Shown: positions 49,520 through 62,278 of the stretch, piece after piece
Layout: each line of letters starts with the position of its first letter
Numbering within the stretch: position 1 is the first letter of the stretch
From: Botryllus schlosseri
Lineage: Eukaryota
Direction of reading: 5' to 3'
Length of the DNA stretch: 64,000 nucleotides
Assembly (NCBI GenBank): GCA_051294905.1
Contig: CM119373.1
Location: 15,624,001-15,688,000, forward strand
Program-made: the position numbers and the translations under genes
Notes under the pieces: model-generated
Databases searched by the model: none
Told to the model about the DNA's origin: nothing
Seen by the model: only the letters and a program-made list of their open reading frames with translations

Positions 49520-50835
49520 CCGTAAACCGGGGTAACTTTGGACTTAAGGGTAACTTTGGACACTAAGCAGTAAAAGATTTAAATGGTTATTGATGGAAAA
49601 TGGTTGCCGCTGGATGTCCAATTCTTTTTCATGAGGCAAGAGTACCACAAGTAGTTTCAATAAAAGATGGATTCATTTCACTACCAGTTAAACTTGACCC
49701 AACATTGATAAATTACTGGCGGGGGTCAATTTCATCAAAATTGATGGCCATTAAACTTCTTACAACCAAACATAGATAGCATGTGATTCATAGATTCAAA
49801 ACTTGGCAGCAGATACCTCTAAGTAGTCTTAATCCATGGCAAAAATCTCAGTGGGCCCACCCTTGGATCAATACAAGAAAATGTGATGTCCAAAGTTGCC
49901 CCGTCAAATTTTATCAGAATGGGGCAACTTTGGACAGTGGAAAATGTGATATTGAGAGCTCTGGAAAGTGGCTGCTTCATCTGTGTCAAAGTGTATCGTC
50001 AACTATAGTCATTATGACCGGCCTGGTGGCTTTTTAAAATGGAATGAGAAGGTCAACAAATTAAGAGTTTGCCAAAATATGAAAAATGGGTAGGTAATGA
50101 GGTTAGGCAATGAGCTGAGAGATTGTAATCGGGCGTAAGCTACTTCAAAAACTTATCCCATACTCCTAAAGATGTGCCTGCTGAATATGGGATATCGTAA
50201 AGTATGACAAATATATCCATCAGAGGACATAATAAAGGGAAAGTGATTCTTTTAAAGAACAGTAACATCTTTGAAATCGGCAATAATTCACGGTAACATG
50301 CTTAATGTTTGCTGTCGGTTGCTGACACTGCCAGTGTGATACCCCGCATCACCATAGATATGTTATTTATAAGTCCCAAATGGTGAAGGCATGAGGGAAA
50401 ATTGAGATAAGGGATGAATAAGGAGGCATTACCCTTCATAAACTACCTAATTTTTGTCTTTTTTTGGGGGGGTGGATTAGGTAAAAATCATGCAATAGGC
50501 CAGACATAAACTATTTTGTTTCAGTTTTAGCCACTGCTCTCATCAACTCTTGCCAAATAAGCCTCATTTACGAGGTTTCATAAACAATAGAGTGTAAAGG
50601 CATACAAAAAACTACATTGTCCAAAGTTACCCCACATGCAGGGGTAACTTTGGACACGGATAATTTACGAAAATAAAAGGTACTTATTTATGATCATGAA
50701 GATTTTCGATTAGGTAATTCTGATCTTTGCTCCATGACCCATGAAAAACACAAAACTTGCCTCCCCTACACCCCAGCATTTCCAAGATACAGAGCGGAAT
50801 TGTTGAAAATTGTCCAAAGTTACCCCGGTTTACGG
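49520..50835. mobile_element. pogo-like non-autonomous element (1,316 bp)
   Basis: TIR CCGTAAACCGGGGTAACTTTGGAC; TA TSD; internal copies of GGGGTAACTTTGGAC. Confidence 0.88.
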
Positions 50836-50968
50836 TACCTGAAATATCGGAGAGGCTCTACTGCTACACCATAAATCAATACTATGCAAAATAAAATTAA
50901 GTCCTTGGTCTTTCAGTGTTAATTACGGCATCAACGATAACCTATACATGGGAAGTGTGGTCACTCAC

Positions 50969-51123
50969 TTGCAACAAGTTGAGCAAGATGCTGATGGAAA
51001 AGTGCTGCACGAATGACGCGTGAAAGCTACGATTGGAAGAGCTGATCAGCTTGCAGAGCACGAGGGTGCCTCCTTCGTCTGAAATCCTATCGCAACAGTA
51101 CGGCAACAGCTTCGAAAGCGATA
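50969..51123 (-). CDS. ASPM: ASPM exon (SLSKLLPYCCDRISDEGG...SSNRS...ILLNLLQ)
   Basis: TTTCAG acceptor, GTGAGT donor, phase 1 to 0; matches recalled TRLSPLCCENM...RSCNRS...VLLNV. Confidence 0.9.
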
Positions 51124-51239
51124 CTGAAACGGAATATCGAATGGTGTTACTCATGAGTGATTTCAAAATCTAATGAACAAGACGTAATTCTGGCTGCACG
51201 TGTTATTGGAAGCACCGCACAATGCAAATATCCACTCAC

Positions 51240-51424
51240 TGAGGTCCTCCAGGCACGAGTACACGACGTCATACGATTTGGAGTCGAGCAGGAGGGCGAG
51301 ATTGGAATTCATTCTGTTGCAGATTTTTCGTTCCGGGTGTTGTCTCGCGATATGGGTGGCTTTCATGCACTTCTCCTTGGCGGTCACAAGCTTGGCGTTC
51401 ATGATGTGTTTCCGTACTTGGTAT
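51240..51424 (-). CDS. ASPM: ASPM exon (YQVRKHIMNAKL...SNLALLLDSKSYDVVYSCLEDL)
   Basis: CGCAG acceptor, GTGAGT donor, phase 2 to 1; joins the giant exon as VYRG-YQVRK. Confidence 0.88.
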
Positions 51425-52422
51425 CTGCGAAAAGTTAAATGTTCATCGTGTGATACTTTAGCAGTAGCAGGTGTGGGAGTGATTTTGTATGTGTGAACAG
51501 CCTTTAGAACAGTCACCCCCCAGTTAGAGACAACTACTTTTGTGTTCAAGAACGGTAGATGTCCTTAAACCGAACGGAGGTGTCAAATTAAAGATACTGC
51601 CAAGTGATAATTTTATCTTCAATTTCAGCCAACATCATATTCTACAGAGCACTTTCCCATAAATGATATATTTGATTAATTTCAGGGTTAATGATATGGA
51701 TTTGGTTTGAGGGGCAGTGATATAAAACCAGAAACCACTGGGCTACAGTTTGAATATAGTTGATTATAATAAGTAATAGGCCTACACATATAATTAGAGT
51801 TTGGTTTTGATTGGGGTTAGGATACGGTGAACGTGCCCTCATTACAATCCATTACTGCAACACACTAAGTCATCGCATTATTGGTTTTTCGTCTATCAGT
51901 CCTGATACTTGGAAAATAGGGCCAGGAACTGTCAGGACTATGGAAAATTACGATATTATGAATGTAAGCCATTCTATGTCACTCGAACAGTGTTGAAAAA
52001 AGTGGGTTGAAATTGATTGAACTGAAAATTAAACACTGAATACAATGACTTGGACTTACAACAGCACGACTCGCACTCGAGTCAAACCTATAAAAGTGAG
52101 ATCGACTTGTGACTCAGAACCTGACTTGGGGTGACGACCCTGGCCATCAGTCATTTTTCGCTTTCCGCGAAATTGCAAACTTGGAAGTCCATATTCCCGA
52201 TTAACTGCCAAAAGTGCTCAACACCTCCACAACAACTACTTTCTGAAACTACTCAGTCAAGTAGTTTTTTCAGACCCAACATTTTCTATCTCTCTTGTTT
52301 GAAACTGCTGCTACTTCTACTTGCAAGGTTCCGTATCTGAGCAGAAATTGACAGTGTGACTTCTCCTTCTACTAAAGTAGCAACACTGAATACTTAACAG
52401 TACAGCAACAAACAAAACTCAC

Positions 52423-55400
52423 CCACGATACACTCGTTGAACAAGACAAGCTGCATTTTCCTTGGATCTCTCTCGCAGAATCAGCCTCCATCTCCGTTGG
52501 ACAGCAATGGTAGCAGCGCGTAGAGTTCTAAATTTCCGCACCGCGATAAATCTTCGCACGTGAGACTGAATGACGACGATGGATCGGAGATGAAGGAAAT
52601 CGTATCGTTTGGCCGTTTCTCTCAATTCTACGAGTCGCTTGCCAGCCGCCCGCATTCTCCAAAACGACTGAATCACCACAACACTCTTCAGTATCTTTTT
52701 ATATTGCAGGCGCTGCCGTCTCATTTCGAGCACTGCTCTCCATTGCCGCTGAATTTTAATTGTAGATTTTAGAATCTTGAGGTACCGCTGGTGTTGAAGT
52801 CTCATTTCAAGTACTGCTCTCCATCTCTGCTGAATCATGACAGCGCTTTGTTGCACCTTTCGGAATTTATTTTGTTGCTGCCTCATTTCGATCATTGCTC
52901 TCCATCTTTGCTGAATCACGAGTGCACTGCTCTGCATTGTTTGATATTCCTTTCTTTGCAATCTCATTTTGAGCATTGCTCTCCAACTACGCTGGATAAC
53001 AAGGCAGTACCGGCGGGTCCTCGTGTATTCTTCACTTTGAGATCTCATTTCAAGCGTTGCTTTCCATTTTCGCTGTATCACAACAGTACTTCTTACAATC
53101 AGTTGATACCTTCTTCTTTGCGATCTCATTTGAAGGGTTGCCCTCCATTTTCGCTGGATGAAAATCGTGCTACCTTTGAGCTTGTGGTACTCATTTTGCA
53201 TTGATCTCATTTCAAGAGTCGCTCTCCATCTTTGCTGAATCACAGAGGCACTGCTTTGCAGCTCAAGGTATTTCTCCTGCTGGGATCGCATTGTCAATGT
53301 CGCTCTCCACCTCCGTTGCACCGCAAGTGCTGACAGCTGGAGCTGTCGATATTCCTCTCGATCAGATCTCATTTTGAGCATTGCTCTCCACCATCGCTGT
53401 ATCACAACCACTGTGACCCTGATTTCTTGATACGCTTGCTTTTGTCTTCTCATTTTGAGCGTTGCTCGCCATTTTCGCTGTATCAAAAGCACACTTTGGC
53501 GCATATCGAGATAGTCTCTACGTTCACAGTCGCTTTGAAGCCTTGATCTCCATTTTTGTTGAATCACAACAGAGCATTCTTGAAGTTTACGGAATTTGCT
53601 TCGTTCCATTCTCATTTCGAGTGTCGCTCTCCATTTCCGTTGAATCACAAGAGCACTTCTCAGCTGTTCTTGATATTTATTCTGTTGCGATCTCATTTTG
53701 AGCGTCGCCCTCCATTTGCGCTGAAGCACAAGTGCACTTCTTTGCAGTTTCTGATATCCGTTTTGCTCCATTCTCATTTCAAGAGTTGCTCTCCACTTCC
53801 GCTGAATCACGAGAGCACTCCTTTGCAGTTCTTGATATTCATTCCGTTGCAATCTCATTCTAAGTGTCGCCCTCCATTTTCGTTGAATCACAACGGCACA
53901 GTCTCGAAGTTTACGGAATTCGCTTTGCTCCATTCTCATTTCGAACGTCGCTCTCCATTTCCGCTGAATCACAAGAGCACTTCTTTGCAGATCCTGATAT
54001 TCATGGTGTTGCGATCTCATTTCAAGTGTTGCTCTCCATTTTCGCTGAATCACAACAGAGCATTCTTGAAGTTTCTGGAACTTGTTCTGTTCCATTCTCA
54101 TTTCAAGCGTCGCCTTCCATTTTCGTTGAATCACAAGAGCACTTCGCAGCTGATTTTGATATTCATTCCGTTGCGTCCTCATTTCAAGCGTCGCCTTCCA
54201 TTTTCGTTGAATCACAAGAGCACTTCGCAGCTGATTTTGATATTCATTCCGTTGCGTCCTCATTTCAAGCGTCGCCTTCCATTTTCGTTGAATCACAAGA
54301 GCACTTCGCAGCTGATTTTGATATTCATTCCGTTGCGTCCTCATTTCAAGCGTCGCCTTCCATTTTCGTTGAATCACAAGAGCACTTCGCAGCTGATTTT
54401 GATATTCATTCCGTTGCGTCCTCATTTCAAGCGTCGCCTTCCATTTTCGTTGAATCACAAGAGCACTTCGCAGCTGATTTTGATATTCATTCCGTTGCGT
54501 CCTCATTTCAAGCGTCGCCTTCCATTTTCGTTGAATCACAAGAGCACTTCGCAGCTGATTTTGATATTCATTCCGTTGCGTCCTCATTTCAAGCGTCGCC
54601 TTCCATTTTCGTTGAATCACAAGAGCACTTCGCAGCTGATTTTGATATTCATTCCGTTGCGTCCTCATTTCAAGCGTCGCCTTCCATTTTCGTTGAATCA
54701 CAAGAGCACTTCGCAGCTGATTTTGATATTCATTCCGTTGCGTCCTCATTTCAAGCGTCGCCTTCCATTTTCGTTGAATCACAAGAGCACTTCGCAGCTG
54801 ATTTTGATATTCATTCCGTTGCGTCCTCATTTCAAGCGTCGCCTTCCATTTTCGTTGAATCACAAGAGCACTTCGCAGCTGATTTTGATATTCATTCCGT
54901 TGCGTCCTCATTTCAAGCGTCGCCTTCCATTTTCGTTGAATCACAAGAGCACTTCGCAGCTGATTTTGATATTCATTCCGTTGCGTCCTCATTTCAAGCG
55001 TCGCCTTCCATTTTCGTTGAATCACAAGAGCACTTCGCAGCTGATTTTGATATTCATTCCGTTGCGTCCTCATTTCAAGCGTCGCCTTCCATTTTCGTTG
55101 AATCACAAGAGCACTTCGCAGCTGATTTTGATATTCATTCCGTTGCGTCCTCATTTCAAGCGTCGCCTTCCATTTTCGTTGAATCACAAGAGCACTTCGC
55201 AGCTGATTTTGATATTCATTCCGTTGCGTCCTCATTTCAAGCGTCGCCTTCCATTTTCGTTGAATCACAAGAGCACTTCGCAGCTGATTTTGATATTCAT
55301 TCCGTTGCGTCCTCATTTCAAGCGTCGCCTTCCATTTTCGTTGAATCACAAGAGCACTTCGCAGCTGATTTTGATATTCATTCCGTTGCGTCCTCATTTC

Positions 55401-58056
55401 AAGCGTCGCCTTCCATTTTCGTTGAATCACAAGAGCACTTCGCAGCTGATTTTGATATTCATTCCGTTGCGTCCTCATTTCAAGCGTCGCCTTCCATTTT
55501 CGTTGAATCACAAGAGCACTTCGCAGCTGATTTTGATATTCATTCCGTTGCGTCCTCATTTCAAGCGTCGCCTTCCATTTTCGTTGAATCACAAGAGCAC
55601 TTCGCAGCTGATTTTGATATTCATTCCATTGCGTCCTCATTTCAAGCGTCGCCTTCCATTTTCGTTGAATCACAAGAGCACTTCGCAGCTGATTTTGATA
55701 TTCATTCCATTGCGTCCTCATTTCAAGCGTCGCCTTCCATTTTCGTTGAATCACAAGAGCACTTCGCAGCTGATTTTGATATTCATTCCGTTGCGTCCTC
55801 ATTTCAAGCGTCGCCTTCCATTTTCGTTGAATCACAACGGCACAGTCTCGAAGTTTACGGAATTCGCTTTGCTCCATTCTCATTTCGAGCGTTGCTCTCC
55901 ATTTCCGCTGAATCACCAAGGAGCTTTCTTGAAGTTTCCGCAACTTGCTTTGTTCCATTCTCATTTCAAGCGTTGCTCTCCATTTTCGCTGAATCGTTAG
56001 AGCATTTCTTCGAACTGTTTGGTAATAATTCTGTTGCAATCTCATTTCACACATTGCCCTCCTTGTTCGCTGAATTACAATAGCACTATTTCGCAGCTTC
56101 TGATATTCATTCTGTTCGATTCTCATTTTGAGCGTTGCCCGCCATTTTTGCTGAATCACAACAGCGCTTCTTTGGAGCTTCTGATATTCGTTCTGCTGCA
56201 ATCGCATCTCGAACGTGGCTCTCCATTTTCGTTGAATCACAATAGCACTTCTACAAAGCTTTTGATATTCACTCTGCTGCAGTCTCATTTCGAAGGTCGC
56301 TCTCCATCTTTGCTGAATCACAATCGAGCTTCTTTGCAGCTGCAAATATTTGTTCCGTTGCGACCTCATTTCGAGCGTCGCCCTCCATTTTGTCTGTATC
56401 AAAACAGCACTTCTTCGAATTGCTTGGTATTCGTTCTGTTGCAATCTCATTTGAAACGTTGCCCGCCATCTCTGCTGAACCACGACGGCACTTCTTTGCA
56501 ACTCCTGATATGCGTTTCGTTGCAGTTTCATTTCAATCATTGCCCGCAGTCGTCGCTGGATTACAAGGACTGATTTACGCAGTTTTTGATAATGCTTCCG
56601 TTGAACCCTCATTTCAAGAATTGCTCTCCATTTCCGCTGAACCAAAAGAGCACTTCTTTGCAGTTTCTGATATTCATTCTGTTGCAATCTCATTTCAAGC
56701 GTTGCTCTCAACCTGCGTTGTATCACAAGTGCAGCTCTTCGCATATTCTGATATCGTTGACGTTGCAGTCTCATTTCCCGGATTGCTCGCCATCGTCTCT
56801 GCGAGACAAGCGAAGCTTCCCTCAAACTCTGATATTTCGTTCTTTGTAATCTCATTTCTAGGATCGCTCTCCATCTCCGTTGCGTGACAATCGAAGCATT
56901 TCTCAGTGTCTGATATTTCATTCTTTGCAATCTCATTTTCAGCGTTGCTCTCCACTTCCGCTGAATCACAAGCGAAGCGTTTTTCAAAACGATGTACTTG
57001 TTTAATTGAGATCTCATTTCGAGCGTTGCTCTCCACCTGAGCTGAATCACAACAGCGCTCTTGCGCATCTCCTTGTATTCTTTTTGTTGTAATCTCATTT
57101 CGAGCGTCGCTCTCCACCTGCGCTGAATCACAAGGGCAGCTTTTTTCAGATCTAGATATTCTTTGCGTTGCGATCTCATTTCAAGAGTAGCCCTCCACTT
57201 TTGCTGAATAACAACAGCTCTTCTGCGCATCTCCAGGTATTCTTTTCGGCGCAATCTCATTTCAAGCATCGCTCTCCACTTTCGCTGAATCTTGATAGCG
57301 CGTCCACGGGACTCGAGGTATTCTCTTCGTAGCAATCTCATTTCGAGAGTCGCTTTCCATCTCTCCTGGATTAAAGCAACACTTCGGAGCATTTCCCGGT
57401 ATTGTTTTTGCTGCAATCTCATTTCCAGCGTTGCTCTCCACCTATGCTGAATCACAAGTGAAGCTTTTTTCAGATCAAGATACTCGTTCAGTTGTGATCT
57501 CATTTCAAGCTTTGCTCTCCACCTTTGCTGAATCACAAGTGAAGCTTTCTTGAGATCAAGATACTCATTTCGTTGCGATCTCATTTCGAGCGTCGCTCGC
57601 CACCTTTGCTGAATCACAACAGCTCGTCCACGCATCTCCAGGTATTCTTTTTGGCGCGATCTCATTTCAAGTGTCGCTCTCCACTTTTGCTGTATCACCA
57701 CAGCACCAGCCAACACTGCTCTATACTTTACACGCTGTTTCCTCATTTCAAGAGTTGCTTTCCAGCGTTGTTGTATCGAGATGGCCGAGGCAATCTCCAG
57801 TCTTCTTCGAGAGATAGTTTTTCGAGCTATAAAGCCACGGATATACGATTGCAATCTTACAATGCAACATTTTGTATCGAGGTATTTTTGCCGCTGTGAT
57901 TTCATCGCGGTGTAGCTTCTCCATTGTGCTTGTATGATTCTGGCGGAACTGTGTTCCAAACGCCTTCTCTCTCTTAACTTTCTTGTGACTTGTCGAGACC
58001 GCCATAGTCTCTGGATCAGCATGGCCGCAGATACCTCCTTCAAGTGACGATACTTT
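52423..58056 (-). CDS. ASPM: ASPM giant IQ-repeat exon (5,634 nt, about 70 IQ motifs)
   Basis: Uninterrupted frame of IQxxWR repeats; TTCTAG acceptor and GTGAGT donor, phase 2 to 2; flanked by CH-domain and C-terminal ASPM exons. Confidence 0.95.
54098..55837. repeat. Coding minisatellite: 21 near-identical 81-bp units plus a partial unit
   Basis: Unit encodes KWKATLEMRTQRNEYQNQLRSALVIQR; only two units differ (R to W, near 55628 and 55709). Confidence 0.97.
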
Positions 58057-58588
58057 CTAGAAGTGAAATGACATGGTTTGAAAACTTTGTAAAAATTGAA
58101 TACAAAAGTGAAATATACACTGAAATAATATATGTTATTCACAATGCAAATATACGAAAACGCAACCTTCAGGGGCGGTCGTCAGCAAATGAGTATTTAC
58201 AAAAACTTGAGTGAAACTACGTTACATACATCCCAATATGATACAGTACAAATATAATAAAACACAAAATACAGGCAAATTAGTGGCCTGCTTCGGCTGA
58301 AAGTCTTGGTGTAGCACAGAATGCTGAACGACACCCTGTTGGTGACAAGTGGCTTTATGATTTCAGCATTAGACCACTGGACTAGAATCTAAAATTTATA
58401 CCGGTACTAAATCATTGCGCTTAGCTATACTAGAAATGCAATAATCCTAGTATGCACGCACACGCTTGATGATGTTAATACATCTGAGTCATTCATTACA
58501 CACTAGGATGGTCCTTAAAAACGAATTTTGGAAAGGGATGTTTTGGCAGGGTCAGACCAAAAACTTGAAAACTTTTCAAATTTTGTAC

Positions 58589-58909
58589 CTGAATGCTCTC
58601 TGTATGATGATAGCAGATTCCCGTTTCGTCGTGAAAACTGCGACTTCTTTCCTGGCCAGTAGCGTGGCTTTCCACCGACGCTGCAGGACAGTGACGGCGC
58701 TTCTTTGCATCATGTAGGCATCTCGAGCCATCTTTCCGATTCGGTAATTGCGATACGATCGTTGGATTTTCAAAACTGCCTCCCTCTTCTTGACAAAGGC
58801 TTTACGAATCAGTAAGCATCTCCAATGGTTTTGAATTACCAGGGCCGCACACGTTCTGGCTTTGCGTTCTGCCAGCAGGTGCGTGCTTCGTTTTCTTTCC
58901 AAGTAGCCG
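58589..58909 (-). CDS. ASPM: ASPM exon, 4 IQ motifs
   Basis: TTTTAG acceptor, GTACAA donor, phase 2 to 2; IQNHWR, IQRSYR, LQRRWK, IQRAFR. Confidence 0.92.
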
Positions 58910-59133
58910 CTAAAAAAGGTGATTCCGAGATCAATTCAGTGTTGGATCATAATATTATGCAACAAAACACAGGTCTGGCTGGTAAGGGGGGGGGGGGGGG
59001 TTGCAACCTTTTTACTACTCACGGCTGCATTTCGATTATTTACCTACTGCCGCATTCCATGGAATAGCCGTAATTGGACGCAAAATACCTATGTTAAACT
59101 GTCCATCTCCATTTCCAGTAAACTCTGCACTAA

Positions 59134-60787
59134 GGGCGTCTTCACACTGGAGTTTCCGAACCGATTCCGAAACAGTTGCCGTCATAGGCGCCGAACGCTA
59201 ATTTTCCTTAGGCATGCGAGTTCGATGACGTCACAAAGGAATGACGTCATGATCCGACGGAATTGATAATTAGGGATAATATAGCATCAATTCATGAGGG
59301 TTAAGTGGGCTGCATAAATGCCGATTATGCAATATCTTCGTGTTAACAAACTTGCGCGTATGATAAGTGCTGTCAATTAGCGAGTCCCTGCCGCTAGCGA
59401 ACAATTAAATACGGCGCTTATCAATGCGTATTACGTAACCTCGGCGACGATTTGCGCAAGGCAAAATGTCAGAGTAGTTATGGAATCTGTTCTATAATGG
59501 CACCGATTTCAGGTTGTTCAAACCTTTCTCGTCTTTTACAACTCAAGCCTTGACAGTTGACACACATCTTCTGATGATTATGTTTAGGTATATTAGCGGA
59601 ATTCACTTACGCATGCACGGCGCACTCACAATCGCACATGTGTGTGGGGGTAAGATGAGACAAAATCATGGGGGTAAGATGAGACATGGGTATCAGAGGG
59701 CTTTTCTATTGAAGGCCTCGGAAGATTAAAAATTTACTGTTGAAGGCACACAAATTGTATTATTTATCTAGTAGTTGACCAGATGTTGCATTACAAGACA
59801 AAATAATAACGAAAAGTTCTCTTATTGTTGCTGGATCTCATGGTTAATTGGTTTTCGATGTCATTTATATGTGTATATGATGTAGCCTACCAATTCTTTT
59901 CAAAAATGACTTATTTCATGATTATTATATTTTATTCACGATGTTGCTGGTTGATTCATCATTTGGGGTGAATTGGTGGTGTAATGAGCATGAATTGCTT
60001 GGTGTCTCATCTTAAACACAGTGTGTCTCATCTTACCCTCACCTGGGGGTAAGTTGAGACATTTGAGCAAGGATTTTCGAGGGCCAAGAAATCCATCAAT
60101 ATGTTGTTCAATATAACTCAAGCCATCGTCATGGAAAGTAGAGATCACAGGCTTTCTATTGGTACCAAAATTAATCCTCAGAAGGCATTACTCTTCGAGT
60201 GGCCTTGAATTATCAGAAAAGTGTCTCATCTTGGCCTCCTCTCCCCTACTTCTGGTATACTGCAGAGTGGTTTCTTGTAACGTATTGTAGTTTAAAAATG
60301 GTGAGGAAAAAGGTGTACAATATTATTTGAAAACTATCACGAAGCTCAATAATAAATCAATTCGCGAAGAATTCAAAATCATTTTGAGGATGCGAATGAA
60401 TCCCCCTCTCATGCACCACTGCTGAACATTATTATTTCTAGCCATTTTGTTGTATAAATATAATAATTTCATGAGTAATCAAAATAATAATGACTAACAT
60501 CAAGTGTCATGATCACCTGCCGTCCTTGAAAGACACCAGCAGTACCGGTACCGTCAGGACTCAGTACCGGTACCGTAAGACAATATGAATGGCGAGTTTT
60601 CGAAAAACACGCAATTATTGACAGTTAGGTGAAATGAGTACGGCGCCACATACGTTCATATTGCACATATTTCGAAAATATTTACGGAGAATAATACGTT
60701 CACACCAGAGGGGTTACGTTCGTATTGAGTGATTTCGATAAATGTTTACCGGATAGAATGTTACCAAAACTCAGTATGAAGACACCC
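59134..60787. mobile_element. PIF/Harbinger-like non-autonomous element (1,654 bp), intronic
   Basis: TIR GGGCGTCTTCACACTG vs GGGTGTCTTCATACTG (14/16); 3-bp TSD TAA on both sides. Confidence 0.75.
59641..60246. mobile_element. pogo-like MITE nested in the Harbinger-like element
   Basis: Repeated GGGGTAAGATGAGACA in both orientations; right end ..CCTCTCCCC followed by TA; left end degenerate. Confidence 0.6.
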
Positions 60788-60973
60788 TAAGCTACTTTGC
60801 ATATCGGCATAGCCTGCTGTACGCACTGAAATTGTGAGTGGTAATGTTCTGAATAGTTACTGAGAGTGGTTATGGTCGCATGAAATGTCGAGCTTCAAGA
60901 AACGATATAGACTAACCAATCCTTCAGTGTAACCTTCAGCAGTGCGATGAGAGTCTGAAAAAGTATCACATAC

Positions 60974-61255
60974 CGGAAGAAAGCCTGGATCTTGACGGCA
61001 GATTTCCTCATTTCTAGAAACTGCAGTCGGACTGGTCTGGCTTCACGACGCAGTCTCCACATTCTCTGAATGAGAACGGCCGCCATTCTCCTTCTCTCGA
61101 TCTCTTTACGAAGTAGATATTTGCGGAAGGCCTTTTGTATCACGACAGCGGCTTGGTTTTGTCGTCTTCGCAATTCTGCAGCCGTCCTACGGGCTTCGAG
61201 AGCTTGTTTCTTGAAACGATATGCTCGCCAGACAATTTGAATCGTTCTTGCAGCA
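60974..61255 (-). CDS. ASPM: ASPM exon, first 4 IQ motifs (AARTIQIVWRAY...IQAFFR)
   Basis: (CT)n-ATAG acceptor, GTATGT donor, phase 2 to 2. Confidence 0.92.
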
Positions 61256-61610
61256 CTATGAGAGAGAGAGAAGTCGAATATTTAAATGTTCGCACTGGTT
61301 GACCGACACACAAAAGACTATGATACAAATTAAACCTCCAAATTTGGAATAGTGTATTTTTGCTGTCAGTAATATGAAATCTAACAAATTGTAGATTTGA
61401 AATTAAAGAAGACTAGGATTGTAACACGTCGAGATTTTTTGGTTGACTCAACGCGTCGAATGCTGACACTTTGTGTATCTGTCACATGGTAATACTATAG
61501 AATGTCACTGTGTGCACAACATGGTTGAAGGATTCTGCAAATCAACAAATTGTTCTATGAAAAAAATCCATGTCTCATATCACCTAGGGTCACCGTATGT
61601 CTTCCTTTAA

Positions 61611-62278
61611 GAGGAGGCGCTGCACTCTAAAAATGAAGTGGTCTCAAATTGAAGGGCAAAACGAATAAAAAATTTTGGCCGCAGCTATTTTCTTCAGAAT
61701 GCCGCCGTAATTGAGCTGCCATCTATTGAAATTTCCATAGGGTTCCTCCACGCTCCAGCAGTCAAGCAGAGATCGAAGTTTATGTAGCTGTCAGCCGATG
61801 TTTTGAAGGAAATATGTCATACACGCCAAAGTGGTTTAGGTACCGCCTTCAACGGAAGATGTCCAGTCAGGAAATTTATGACGAAATCGGGCCTAGTGTA
61901 TTCTATTTCTTTAGCACAGTAATAGATCATGTCCTATTCTTATGTATAAAACATTGTTAGACATGATCTATTTCTGTCTTGAAGAAATAGAATACCCTAA
62001 GACCGATTTTGACATAAATCTCCTGACTGGACCTCTTCCCTTGAACGCGGTATCTAAACCACCTTGGCGTGTACGACATATTTCCTTCATAACATCGGCT
62101 GACAACTACATAAAGTTCGATCTCTGCGTGACTGCTGGAGCGTGGAACCCCTGTAGAAATTTCAATAAATTGCAGCTCCATTACGGTGGCGTTCTGAAAA
62201 AAATGGCTGCGGCCAAAACTTTGTACTCGTTTTGCCCTTCAATTTGAGACCACATCAATTTTAAAGGGCAGTGCCCCT
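61611..62278. mobile_element. Kolobok-like MITE with ~135-bp inverted arms, intronic
   Basis: Arms share GTGGTCTCAAATTGAAGGGCAAAACG / CGTTTTGCCCTTCAATTTGAGACCAC; TTAA on both flanks; purine termini. Confidence 0.7.

Noticed and set aside
51988-52388. Intact hAT MITE (CAGTGTTG...CAACACTG) next to the giant-exon donor
   Set aside because: The termini match over only 8 bp and there is no TSD. It is probably a decayed GACTC-family fragment, so I did not list it as a defined element.
54098-55837. CRISPR-like or satellite interpretation of the perfect repeat
   Set aside because: There are no unique spacers; the unit is a multiple of 3 and in frame within a eukaryotic exon.
53556-56083. 814-aa and 739-aa plus-strand ORFs
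   Set aside because: These are antisense shadows of the 81-bp ASPM repeat. A stop-free unit repeated 21 times yields long ORFs automatically, and the minus frame is the one with IQ motifs and splice sites.
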